In this document: in pieces, positions 41,449 to 51,100 of the stretch | Position numbering within the stretch: position 1 is the first letter of the stretch | Layout: each line of letters begins with the position of its first letter | Source of the DNA: Patescibacteria group bacterium | Lineage (GTDB): Bacteria; Patescibacteriota; Gracilibacteria; UBA1369; LOWO2-01-FULL-3 | Length of the DNA: 64,000 bases | NCBI GenBank assembly: GCA_038065735.1 | Contig: JBBTQK010000005.1 | Coordinates: forward strand, 363-64,362 | Direction: 5' to 3' | The notes under the pieces: model-generated | The model's database searches: none | Told to the model about the DNA's origin: nothing | What the model saw: only the letters and a program-made list of their open reading frames with translations | Made by a program: the position numbers and the translations under genes

Positions 41449-44400
41449 TCATGAATTTTGTATAATAGATTCAAATATCCAGTGGGTTTTGTCTCTTTTA
41501 CCTAAGCATAATTGACCTACAATGCCATTATCTTTAGTTGAGTACATTAGTCCAATATATCTAGTTTTTATTCCAAGGAACGCTTTAATTTCAACACATA
41601 GAACGTAGTGATGGCCAGATGCTGAACGTTCACTACTTAGTATTTGAGCTTTTTTATAGGCAGTAAGTAAGCAAACTTTTTTGCATACATTTTCTTCTAA
41701 TTCAAAATGAGAACCGCCGACTAAAGTACCATCCAATAATCTCTTCAATATCTTCATATTCCCAGATTCATCAAGATATTTAAAATGGAGTTCAATATTC
41801 AACAATCTACAAACCCTTATGTCATCTGGATGACATTGGAATCCACTCCATACACATACCTTTGACTCGAGTGGTGAACAGAATTTGCCTTCATCAGATT
41901 TGATAGCTTCCTCCTCGAGTATTAGACTCTCAGAAATGCTACTTTTAACAAAAAACTTCTTTAGTGCTCTTTTTTCACTAAAAGTGGAAGTTAGTAATTC
42001 ACTTGGCAATACTTTTTGACTAGTTACTATGCAAGTTTCTAAAATACCAGGTGCAACAATAGCACCAGTTACTTCACAGATTTCTGCTTCCTCAGATATT
42101 AACGGCTTACCTGTTTGCGAACATTTAATAAATTCCGATTTATGCCCAGCTTTACCAGAAACCGATGAAGTTAATTTTTCATCCATACGATAATTTTTCC
42201 CAGATACATCACTCACGCACAACTCAGCTTTTAAAGCTTCTGAATTGCTAAAATCGCATGTACCTATATAAATCGGCTCCGCCCATCTACCACTTACATC
42301 TGACTTTTTCATGACAGAAATAAGCACGCTCTTGCCAGTTACATCCGATTCTTGAACTTCATCCTTTAACACTTTTTTCTGCGTATATGAGCATGTGGCA
42401 AAGTATTCTGGCAATGCCTTGCGGCCACTCTCCTCAGAAGATTGTAATTTATCAGATAATGCAAATTTCCCACTGATCTCGCAGGTGCCCAAGCAAGTTA
42501 GGGGCAGATTCATACCTGTTATTTGACACACTCCCATATCAGGTTGAGCAGAGATCGAACCCCTTGATGGCAATACCCCTAAACTACTTTTATATTCAAC
42601 TCCAGACTCAAGTTCGTAAACACACTCTAGTTCAAGTTCACGGCAAACACTCCCCTCTAAGGCCACCAATGTCGCACTAACCCTAGGTGTAAAATCATCT
42701 TCAAGTTTTTTCCTTTTTCTCTCATCTGAACCAGCTGATTTGATTTCATGTTTTCTACGTTCTTCGTAAAATCTACAAAATTCCGCAACTCCTGGATCCA
42801 ACAGTATTTCTTGTGCTATTTGATTTAAATTTATCCCAGCATCACTTGGATCGTTCAGAAAGTCTCTGTCGAAATGGTCTAAAGAATTTGCAGTTGTAAA
42901 ATGACTGTCAGGACTGCAATCAACTTCAACAAGTCTCTCGTAGCTATCGTGGGCGACAGTAACTTTAACGTATACCAAAGCGGTACCTGCAAAAATATTC
43001 TTAACAGATTTCAACTCAGACAACTTTAAAGTCCCCTTGAAGTCGCTAGTCCAATTTTCGGCAAGATTTTTAGCTATATCCTCTGGTTCCACATCCAAAT
43101 CTTCTAAAATAAACATCCCATCATTAGTCATGCTTTTTACCAGCCTGTCGAAAGCTCCTGCACCTGGCCTATATAGAGTGCTAAATACCGCTCGCTTAGG
43201 GCCTGCAGTATTTAGTTCGACAATCTCAGTTTTTCCATCTTTTTCAAACGTTAGTATGCCATTGTCAGACTCAGTTAAACTCAACCCAAAACTTTCAAAG
43301 CTCTTAATAATAAAAGTCTCCAAATCCATAGATCTTGATATCTCAGGTAGATTTGGAGATTGAGGGCCATTGTACTCTGTTGTTTCTCCCAACAAATGTT
43401 CGATATTCGCTTCCTCTTCCTCTAATTTTTTCTTTGCAGACTCTATACTTTTCTCTTCTCTTTTGGCAGCATCCTCAACATCTATGCCCTTTAACGATGC
43501 CAATACTAATTTTAAGATTTTATCTTCAAACTTTTCTGCCTTTTCATCGCTATTTTCATCAATCCCACTTGCCTCAAGTAATGCCTCTATATCTCCAATA
43601 GCCTGTGAGGCCATTTGTAATTTTTCCATCAACCTATTCACAATATATTCTTCAAATGTTCCTTTCAGAGTCATGTTGAAAATTGATACATTCGCATGTT
43701 TTGATGCCAAACGCTGTACACGACCTATACGTTGCTCAACAATCATAGGATTCCATGGTAGGTCATAATTAACTAAAACATTTGAAGCCTGCAGATTAAC
43801 ACCTTCACTACCAGCTTCAGTTGAAATAATTACATTAATTTCTGGAGGCTCATTCTTGAAACTACTAATAGTTTCAGAATTCTTTGAAGTAGTGTCACCA
43901 TTTATCAAACTGCACTTAATACCTTTTTCTTCTAAAAAAAGCTGTATTGAAGTCTGAGTTTCACGACTACATGTAAAAATGACCATTCTCCAATCCTGGG
44001 GTTTCTCTGATCTTAGTCTTTCAACCAATGCTCCCAGCCCTCCCATCTTGGCGGTAATCGGAATTCGTTTCACTATTTCATCAATACTATCTCTAACTTG
44101 AGCATCAATAGTGCCATTTCTTACCATCGAGTTCATCCAAGACAATAATGCTTCAGGGCTACTAACAGATGCCTTTAATATTCCTATCTGAGCTAAACGA
44201 TTCAGATCCTCGATTGATTCAGAAACTACTTTAAGCAGCTCCAACTCTTCGTTAGTTGGATCGACAATATACCTTTCCACAATACGATCAGGAAACTGCA
44301 AATCAGCATCAGCCCTTCTAATTCGAGACATATAGCTATAAACAATATCTCTAAAATCTTCTTTTGCCTCAGGTTTTAATTTTCGAGCTTGGTCACGACT

Positions 44401-45159
44401 ATCATCAACGAATTTTCTATAAAATAATCCACTGCTACCAAAAGGGTTTTCATGCCCTCTGGCAGTAGACAATAAATCTACAAGAGAATACATGTCCCAA
44501 AGCCTATTCTGGATAGGAGTTGCTGTTAACATAAGTACATACCGAAACATTCGATTCGCCAAAGCTTTTTGAAATTGTATCGCAACTTTAGGTGTTTTAT
44601 CTACGCCGTAAAGATTTCGCAACTTATGGGCTTCATCCAAAATCAACATATCATAGCCATTATCTATAATTTTCTCTAAATGGATACGGGCTGATGTATA
44701 GGTTGTTATTACTGCTCCTTGACCATCTGGAGGTTCGGCAGAAATGAGATCTCCACCAATAGCTATAGTTGATTGAATGCCAAATTTTGATTGCAGCTCC
44801 TCCTGCCATTGCTCCATCAATAATTTAGGACAAACAATCAAAACCTTTTCAATGCGATTTTGCGTCATTAGTTCACTCATCACCAATCCTGCACTGATTG
44901 TTTTACCAAGACCTACATCATCGGCTAGCAAAGTAACCGGCAGTCTTCTGCAAAAAGTTATTAGATTTTTTACTTGATGTTCATATGGCTTAACTTTATC
45001 CTTCCATGCATTTTTAGATTTTAAGTCAGATTCCTTCTCAATAACTATGGGGTCAATTAAACTCCATTCTAAAGCCGCCTTATATAAATAAAACTTCGAT
45101 TTATCCGTATTACGCTTTAGCGGCTTTATTTTGATTTTTGACTCAAATTCATTCACCAA
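41449..45159 (-). CDS. SNF2-family helicase (1236 aa) with a long C-terminal extension containing a 15-residue repeat array
   Basis: Motifs LADDVGLGKTI (I), DEAHKLRN (II), LLTATPIQN (III) and QRIGRVQRLASK (VI) in the first ~520 aa. The C-terminal ~700 aa are unassigned. Confidence 0.85.
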   Translation of the reverse strand: MVNEFESKIKIKPLKRNTDKSKFYLYKAALEWSLIDPIVIEKESDLKSKNAWKDKVKPYEHQVKNLITFCRRLPVTLLADDVGLGKTISAGLVMSELMTQNRIEKVLIVCPKLLMEQWQEELQSKFGIQSTIAIGGDLISAEPPDGQGAVITTYTSARIHLEKIIDNGYDMLILDEAHKLRNLYGVDKTPKVAIQFQKALANRMFRYVLMLTATPIQNRLWDMYSLVDLLSTARGHENPFGSSGLFYRKFVDDSRDQARKLKPEAKEDFRDIVYSYMSRIRRADADLQFPDRIVERYIVDPTNEELELLKVVSESIEDLNRLAQIGILKASVSSPEALLSWMNSMVRNGTIDAQVRDSIDEIVKRIPITAKMGGLGALVERLRSEKPQDWRMVIFTCSRETQTSIQLFLEEKGIKCSLINGDTTSKNSETISSFKNEPPEINVIISTEAGSEGVNLQASNVLVNYDLPWNPMIVEQRIGRVQRLASKHANVSIFNMTLKGTFEEYIVNRLMEKLQMASQAIGDIEALLEASGIDENSDEKAEKFEDKILKLVLASLKGIDVEDAAKREEKSIESAKKKLEEEEANIEHLLGETTEYNGPQSPNLPEISRSMDLETFIIKSFESFGLSLTESDNGILTFEKDGKTEIVELNTAGPKRAVFSTLYRPGAGAFDRLVKSMTNDGMFILEDLDVEPEDIAKNLAENWTSDFKGTLKLSELKSVKNIFAGTALVYVKVTVAHDSYERLVEVDCSPDSHFTTANSLDHFDRDFLNDPSDAGINLNQIAQEILLDPGVAEFCRFYEERRKHEIKSAGSDERKRKKLEDDFTPRVSATLVALEGSVCRELELECVYELESGVEYKSSLGVLPSRGSISAQPDMGVCQITGMNLPLTCLGTCEISGKFALSDKLQSSEESGRKALPEYFATCSYTQKKVLKDEVQESDVTGKSVLISVMKKSDVSGRWAEPIYIGTCDFSNSEALKAELCVSDVSGKNYRMDEKLTSSVSGKAGHKSEFIKCSQTGKPLISEEAEICEVTGAIVAPGILETCIVTSQKVLPSELLTSTFSEKRALKKFFVKSSISESLILEEEAIKSDEGKFCSPLESKVCVWSGFQCHPDDIRVCRLLNIELHFKYLDESGNMKILKRLLDGTLVGGSHFELEENVCKKVCLLTAYKKAQILSSERSASGHHYVLCVEIKAFLGIKTRYIGLMYSTKDNGIVGQLCLGKRDKTHWIFESIIQNS
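41812..42528 (-). repeat. coding tandem repeat: about 16 units of 15 aa (45 nt), consensus [CS]-x-[VI]-[ST]-G-[KR]-x-x-L-x6
   Basis: aa 878-1116 of the SNF2 protein: CQITGMNLPLTCLGT / CEISGKFALSDKLQS / SEESGRKALPEYFAT / ... / CVWSGFQCHPDDIRV. Strict 15-aa register, with one 14-aa unit. Confidence 0.8.
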
Positions 45160-45306
45160 TAACTTGAATTAGATATGTTTAGATACCGATTATATAAGGA
45201 TAAAAGCATTTAAGCCATATTTTATCGATATGATCTAGCCTTATTCTAAGCCACAAAGGATCTTCCGCACGTAAAACTCTAGTATCTATAGCCATAGGTA
45301 CTCGGG

Positions 45307-45320
45307 TCATAGGTCTAAAT
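45307..45320. repeat. 14-nt direct repeat flanking tRNA-Gln (left copy)
   Basis: TCATAGGTCTAAAT compared with TCATAGATCTAAAT at 45440-45453 (13/14). Confidence 0.5.
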
Positions 45321-45338
45321 TCTAAATAATGCACGTTT

Positions 45339-45412
45339 TGGCTGGGGATGAGGGATTCGAACCCCCGATGTCGCCTCCAGAGGGCGATGCCTTACCGCTT
45401 GGCGAATCCCCA
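45339..45412 (-). tRNA. tRNA-Gln (anticodon CTG), CCA encoded
   Basis: Hand-folded: acceptor TGGGGAT/ATCCCCA, D region TCGCCAAGCGGTAAGGCA as in E. coli tRNA-Gln, anticodon arm TCGCC-CTCTGGA-GGCGA, T loop TTCGAAT, then G plus CCA. 74 nt. Confidence 0.9.
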
Positions 45413-45439
45413 GAGTAAGCACGACGAATTTTAGCTAGA

Positions 45440-45453
45440 TCATAGATCTAAAT
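45440..45453. repeat. 14-nt direct repeat flanking tRNA-Gln (right copy)
   Basis: See 45307-45320. Confidence 0.5.
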
Positions 45454-45471
45454 CAACCTAAAAGTGTAGTC

Positions 45472-45822
45472 TTATTGTCTCAAAATCTTTTCCATCGGTC
45501 TGCCTTTAGCCAATTCATCAACCAGCTTATCTAAATAGCGGACCTTTTTCATGAGTTTGTCTGGAATCTCTTCTATACGATAACCACAAATTACACCTGT
45601 AATTTTTGACACATTGGGATTGAGCTGTGGTGCTTCGGCAAAAAAAGTTTCGAAATTAACTTCTTTATCAATTTGCTGCTGAAGCTGTTTTTGACTATAG
45701 CCCGTGAGCCAGCAAATAATTTCATCAACCTCCGCCTTTGTGCGGCCCTTTTTCTCTGCTTTTTTGATATAAAGCGGGTACACACTCGCAAAAGACATCT
45801 TATATATTCTGGTGTTCATCAT
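45472..45822 (-). CDS. DUF2200-family protein
   Basis: [41 protein letters not shown]...[20 protein letters not shown] matches the DUF2200 family as I recall it. The start is moved to the internal Met pair. Confidence 0.75.
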   Translation of the reverse strand: MMNTRIYKMSFASVYPLYIKKAEKKGRTKAEVDEIICWLTGYSQKQLQQQIDKEVNFETFFAEAPQLNPNVSKITGVICGYRIEEIPDKLMKKVRYLDKLVDELAKGRPMEKILRQ

Positions 45823-45905
45823 GTGTGGATAATAATGTTTTCGTCTCCATTTTGCCAGCTTTTTGCCGTACATTTGGAGACGGTTTGGTAAACCAGTGGG
45901 TGTAT

Positions 45906-46427
45906 CTACAATCTTAACCATTCCTCCATCAGCGCCTCAACCTCTTTACTGCCTTCTTCGGGGAAGGCGGGGTGGAAGGATTTGTCGGTTTCGGGATTGT
46001 AGGGGCCGGTTTTGTTTTCGATCATGATGAGCATTTCGGAGTTGGCCACGAGGGTGTGGTAGACCTGAGGTGGGATGAGGATGAATTCGGGTTTTGCGGC
46101 GCTGATGGGCATAATTCTGATAATATTACCGCTGTTGTCGAAAAAGATTATTTTGCCAGAGCCTTTATGGCAAACAAAAGATTCACCTTTTTGGACAGCG
46201 CCATCTTGAGTCCAGTGACGGTGAGGTCTGATATATGAACCTCGCCTAATGTAATTTACCATTGCGTGCAAGGGCGCATCTGGGCTTCCGTGAAGAGTTT
46301 GTAAAGCGCGGCCGCGAGTTGAGGTTTGTGCTGCTCTGATACCTTGCTCGTGGTCTAGTAAATCTAGAGACGTGACTAGGCTGGCGTCTGAGATTGGTTC
46401 CACTAGGTCTGGGCGATCTGGGGTCAT
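45906..46427 (-). CDS. cupin-fold protein (WbuC-like, tentative)
   Basis: 173 aa with ...YIRPHRH...[16 protein letters not shown]...[10 protein letters not shown]..., a cupin His/β-barrel pattern. Confidence 0.55.
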   Translation of the reverse strand: MTPDRPDLVEPISDASLVTSLDLLDHEQGIRAAQTSTRGRALQTLHGSPDAPLHAMVNYIRRGSYIRPHRHWTQDGAVQKGESFVCHKGSGKIIFFDNSGNIIRIMPISAAKPEFILIPPQVYHTLVANSEMLIMIENKTGPYNPETDKSFHPAFPEEGSKEVEALMEEWLRL

Positions 46428-46636
46428 TTTAAAGTTTAATTGGAGATCTTTTTACATCATATTTGTCGCGTTTTCAACTTCTGTTACAATTTCTCCAGTA
46501 ATAATTTAAGAAAATTTTAGAATTATTTAATAAAAATTTAATGTCTGGCGTGTACGATGGCATAGATTTCTTGCTTTACGCGCCGGAAATGATGTGATAC
46601 GATGTGTATATAACGTATACTTATAATCTGATTAAT

Positions 46637-46897
46637 ATGACTACACTAATACACGTTCGTGTTCCTGAGGATATGAAAACTAAGGCGACAAAGATTTTTG
46701 CCAAATTGGGAATTGATATGTCGACTGGAATCAAAATCTATCTAAATAAGGTCGTTGAGGAGAAGGGCATTCCTTTTCCACTGCAGACTAGAGAGGCTTT
46801 GATTCAGGAGCTCAAGGAGGCACGGGCACAGTATGAGAGGGGTGAGTTTATTTCATCTGATGAACTTAGGGCGCGTATTGCCAAGAAAGCTGCTTAG
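46637..46897 (+). CDS. RelB/DinJ-family antitoxin
   Basis: MTTLIHVRVPEDMKTKATKIFAKLGIDMSTGIKIYLNKVVEEKGIPFPL is a typical DinJ/RelB ribbon-helix-helix N-terminus. The ATG at 46637 is preferred over the GTG at 46604. Confidence 0.8.
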   Translation: MTTLIHVRVPEDMKTKATKIFAKLGIDMSTGIKIYLNKVVEEKGIPFPLQTREALIQELKEARAQYERGEFISSDELRARIAKKAA

Positions 46898-46906
46898 CTT
46901 TCTAAA

Positions 46907-47203
46907 ATGAATTTGAATTATTTGCCAAATGCGCGGAAAAATTTAGAGCGTCTTGAACCTGACATTGGCTTGAGGATTCTTGATAAGATGCAATGGTTTG
47001 CTTATTGCCCTAAGCCGTTACTTTTTGCGAAGCCTTTGAGAAACATTAATTTTGCTACTCATAGGTTTAGGATTGGTGATTATAGAGTATTAGTGAAAAT
47101 TGATATGACGAAGAATGAGCTGTGTGTCGTGCTATCAAGCATAGGCGAGAAGCATATGAAGCGGATTGATTTTTCTTGCTTTCGGCCCTTGTTTTTGTTT
47201 TGA
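46907..47203 (+). CDS. RelE/ParE-family toxin (C-terminus atypical)
   Basis: 98 aa with ...RILDKM...FRIGDYRVLVKID...ELCVVLSSIGEKH.... It lies 9 nt after the antitoxin stop. The last ~15 aa are unlike canonical RelE. Confidence 0.65.
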   Translation: MNLNYLPNARKNLERLEPDIGLRILDKMQWFAYCPKPLLFAKPLRNINFATHRFRIGDYRVLVKIDMTKNELCVVLSSIGEKHMKRIDFSCFRPLFLF

Positions 47204-47521
47204 AAATATGGTATGATATACACAGTTCTTTAAAAAACAGATGTAAAACTTGAGGCGCAAGCGGTGATAAATGATTTCTCGCTGGTTGTGCCCTAAGTTT
47301 TGAATAGCATAAATAAGTCTAGTTGTAGGCCTTCCCAAAGGTTTATGGCTATTGTTCACTCGCTTTAGACGGGCTTGGTGTTTAAGGAGGAGAAACAGAC
47401 GGATTGCAGATTGAGGCGACTTGGTCAGCAAAAGGTTGTTACAGTGATGTTTCAATTCTTACTATAAACTCTTATCCGATACTGAAAATACTATTTAAAA
47501 CTTAGGGCTTTTGTATGTAAT

Positions 47522-47552
47522 AAAAAAACACCCCGTGATGAGGTGTTATTTT
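47522..47552 (-). terminator. rho-independent terminator of the DoxX gene
   Basis: AACACC...GGTGTT stem with a U-run on the minus strand (an A-run on the plus strand). Confidence 0.55.
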
Positions 47553-47588
47553 TATTTAAAATTCTGTTTAACATCTAAATAAACTTGT

Positions 47589-47978
47589 TTAGCGTGTAAA
47601 CAAAGCTTTGTATTTTGCCCAGTAAACGTAACCAAAATAGATTTCTAGAAGAGCAACGATTACACCACTGATAACGTATTGTGGAGCAACAAAAGAATTG
47701 AAAACGATAATTCCAACTGCAATTGGAGCTAGGAAAATTACTCCAAGCGCTGGTAATAAATTTAAAGCTAACATCAAGCCGGCGACTGCTTCTGTGATTT
47801 TGATCATGTAAAAAATACCATTGTCTTTTAGGCCTTCAACTACTGGAATCATTGCTTCAGGCATTCCCTCCATTGAGCCGGTATAGGCTAACCATAGGCC
47901 ACTAACGCCGCTAAAAAGCATGAATAATCCGAATAAGGTTCTGAGAGTGTTTACTAGGTACTTGTTGCGTGCGCTCAT
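47589..47978 (-). CDS. DoxX-family membrane protein
   Basis: 129 aa with 4 TM helices and DoxX-like size and topology. Confidence 0.65.
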   Translation of the reverse strand: MSARNKYLVNTLRTLFGLFMLFSGVSGLWLAYTGSMEGMPEAMIPVVEGLKDNGIFYMIKITEAVAGLMLALNLLPALGVIFLAPIAVGIIVFNSFVAPQYVISGVIVALLEIYFGYVYWAKYKALFTR

Positions 47979-48132
47979 AAAATGGGGTTAAAAAAATTTA
48001 TGTAATTATACTTCGGTGATAAAAAATTACAACGTCGGGTTAGTATGTCTACGTCTTGTTGTTTGAGTTATTTATGCATCTGATATAGTGGGTTGGAAAT
48101 TTATATTATATTTATCCTCCTTCTTTATAATC

Positions 48133-51100
48133 ATGGTTTATTTTAATTTTAGAAATCGATTTTTTGTTTTGTTGTTAGTATTTGCTTTAGTGTTCGCCAA
48201 CTTTTATGAGGTTCCAGTTGCTCATGCTACGTCTTACAGTATTGATACCTGTACAGAATTACAGGCGATGAATGATGATAAGGATGGGGATTATAGTTTG
48301 ATTGCGGATGTGGATTGTTCTGCGAGTAGTGGGTGGAATGCTGGTGCGGGTTTTTTGCCGATTGGATCAGCTGGAGCGATGTTCACTGGTACTTTTGATG
48401 GTAATGGCTATGAAATTAGTGGTTTGTATATAAGTCGTTCTGGAAGTAATTATGTTGGATTGTTTAGCTGGATTGACACTGGTTCTCCAGTTGCTGATTT
48501 TGGTTTAGTCAGTCCGAATATTACGGGCAGTGCTTTTACTGGAGCTGTAGTTAGCTCGTTAAAGGGTTCTGTAACTAATGTCTATGTCACTGGTGGTTCT
48601 GTTACTGGAGGTAACTATGCGGGTGGGATTGTGGGTTATTTAAATGGTGGAACGGTTACCACTTCTTATGCTTCGACGACAGTTAGTGGTAGTAATTATG
48701 TTGGGGGTTTGGCTGGTTATGTTGAAGCTGGTACGCTTTCAAATTCTTATTCATTTTCAACGGTTGTTGGGTCTGGTAGTTATCCCGGAGGTTTTGCCGG
48801 CTTAAATATGGCTACTATTCAAAAGGCTTATGCGGGCGGTAGTGTTACTGGCACAAATCGTGGTGGTTTGGTTGGTTTAAATATAGGAACTATTACGAGT
48901 TCTTTTTATGACGGTCAGACAACTGGGGCGAGTGATACAGGTAAGGGTACCTCAAAAACTACGGCAGAAATGAAGACTCAAGGCACTTTTACTGACTGGA
49001 CTTTTACGGTGGCTGGTAATGGAACTATTGGAACTTGGATTATGGCTGGTTATCCACATTTGCAGATGGAGCATCGTACTGCTATTGATAGTGCGGTAGA
49101 GCTCCAGTTGATGGCGATTAATTTGGATGGCGACTATACAATGACCGGAAATGTAAATGCTGTAGCGGTTACTAACTATACTCCGATAGGTACGCTTGAT
49201 GTGCCTTTTACCGGAACTTTTGATGGTAATGGTTATATGATTAGTAATCTTGCGATAAGTCAGTCAAGCCTGCAGTCTGCCGGAATTTTTGGTTCTACGA
49301 GTGCTGCAGTGACAATTACAGAATTGGGTTATAGGAGTGGAAGCGTGATTGGTAATCGTTTTGTTGGTGGCATAGTTGGATATAATCGTGGAGCTATTAG
49401 TAAATCTTTTTCTGCCGTTGATGTTACGGCGACCACGGTTGTTGCTTCAAATGGAGAGGCGGGAGGTTTGGTAGGCGCGAATATTGATGCTAGTGGCGTA
49501 ATTACAGACAGTTATTCAACGGGAGATGTTTCTTCTACGTTTGATGTAGGTGGATTGATTGGATATAACAGTGGGCCTGTTACACGTGCATATGCAAGTG
49601 GAGACGTCAGTGGAGGTGAAAATTTAGGAGGATTAATTGGAAGGGCTGAAGTGGCTGCTATTACTAACACTTTTGCGACTGGTGCTATTGGTGCTGGTAC
49701 TAGTAGGGGAGGTTTGGTGGGCACGCTTGCTGGTGGATCAAGTATCAGTGGGGGATATTGGAATAATACAGGGTCGCCGACGAGCTGTTATGCAACTGGC
49801 GATACTGGGTGTACCGCAGTGGCTAGCAGTCTGACCTATTTTTATGAGATTACGAATGCACCAATGAGCGCTTGGAATTTTTCTACCACGTGGCTTGATG
49901 CTTATATTATTTCTCCTACTCTCTTAGTGTTTGGGGATATTAGTGCGCCTGGTGTTTTTAATGTGAGTTCCGATAAGACAAATGGATCATATAAAGTTGG
50001 TGAGGTTATTGATATTGATGTGACTTTTTCTGAGGCGGTAACTTCTACTGGTAATGTTACAGTTACCCTTGAGACTGGTGATACTGATAGAACTTGTACT
50101 TTTACAGTGACAGCCGCAACTAGTGGAACTTGTAATTACACAGTGCAGGCTAGTGATATTTCCGGCGATCTTACCGTGAGTTCTATTTCAGGGACTATTG
50201 CAGATGGGTCGTCTAATGCTATGAGTAATTTTGTTCCTGTCACTAACCTTGCGGCAAATAAAGCTTTGGTTATTGATACGGTGACGCCAACAGTGCAGAT
50301 TTCTTCTGCTGATGTTATTTCTGGAGGTAGTATTAGGAGCATTAGTGTTCCATTTGTCGTTACTTTTAGCGAGAGTGTTGTGGATTTTGATGCTAGTGAT
50401 ATTTCTGTTGTTAATGGGACGGCCGCAAATTTACAGGTGGTTACTGCAAATTCTGTATTTAGTTTTAATCTGCTGCCAAGTGGTCCAGGTAGCGTGGGCG
50501 TGAGTATTGGTGCGGGTATTGTTGCTGACTTAGCTGGAAATTCTACTACTGCTTCAAATTCTTATCCTTTTACTTATATCGATGCCGGTGATTTATTTAT
50601 TAATCGTGGGCGTGCGTCAAGTGTTAAGAAAATTAATAACTCAGCGGTTGGAAGTGTAGATGGTGTTGCTTCATTTGAAGATGTTCAGAATAATTTTGCG
50701 GGCGAAGCGATACAAAGGCTGCATGCTAAAAATATTGTTCAAGGCAGGAGTAAAACAAAGTATGAGCCAGATTCTCTTTTGAGTAGAGCAGAGGCGCTTA
50801 AAATTATTCTGCTAGCGATGAATTATCCTCTAGATACAGACTTAAAAAATATAGAAAAATATAGTGATGTTGCTAAGGATTTTTGGTATGCAAAATTTAT
50901 TGGAACTGCAACTAAGACAGGTATTGCAGGTGGTTATAAAAATGGAAGTTTTCAGCCAGATTCTAATGTCACAAGGGCGGAGGTTTTAAAAATGCTGCTT
51001 ACCACTATGGGTCCAGGTCTCAAAAATCCAAAAAGCTCACCGTTTACCGATGTCGCTGCTGCTTCTTGGTATAAGCAGTTTGTGGATTATGCTTATATTT

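Noticed and set aside
45160-45412. Classical tRNA-targeted integrative element with att duplication.
   Set aside because: No integrase gene was found in the window, and no second copy of the tRNA-Gln 3' end anywhere in it. Only a 14-nt repeat bracketing the tRNA itself was seen.
47135-47455. 106-aa minus-strand ORF downstream of the RelE-like gene.
   Set aside because: It overlaps the toxin's 3' end, has no recognisable motif, and its composition is atypical (His/Leu/Lys/Arg-rich). It is kept only as part of the unexplained non-coding region.
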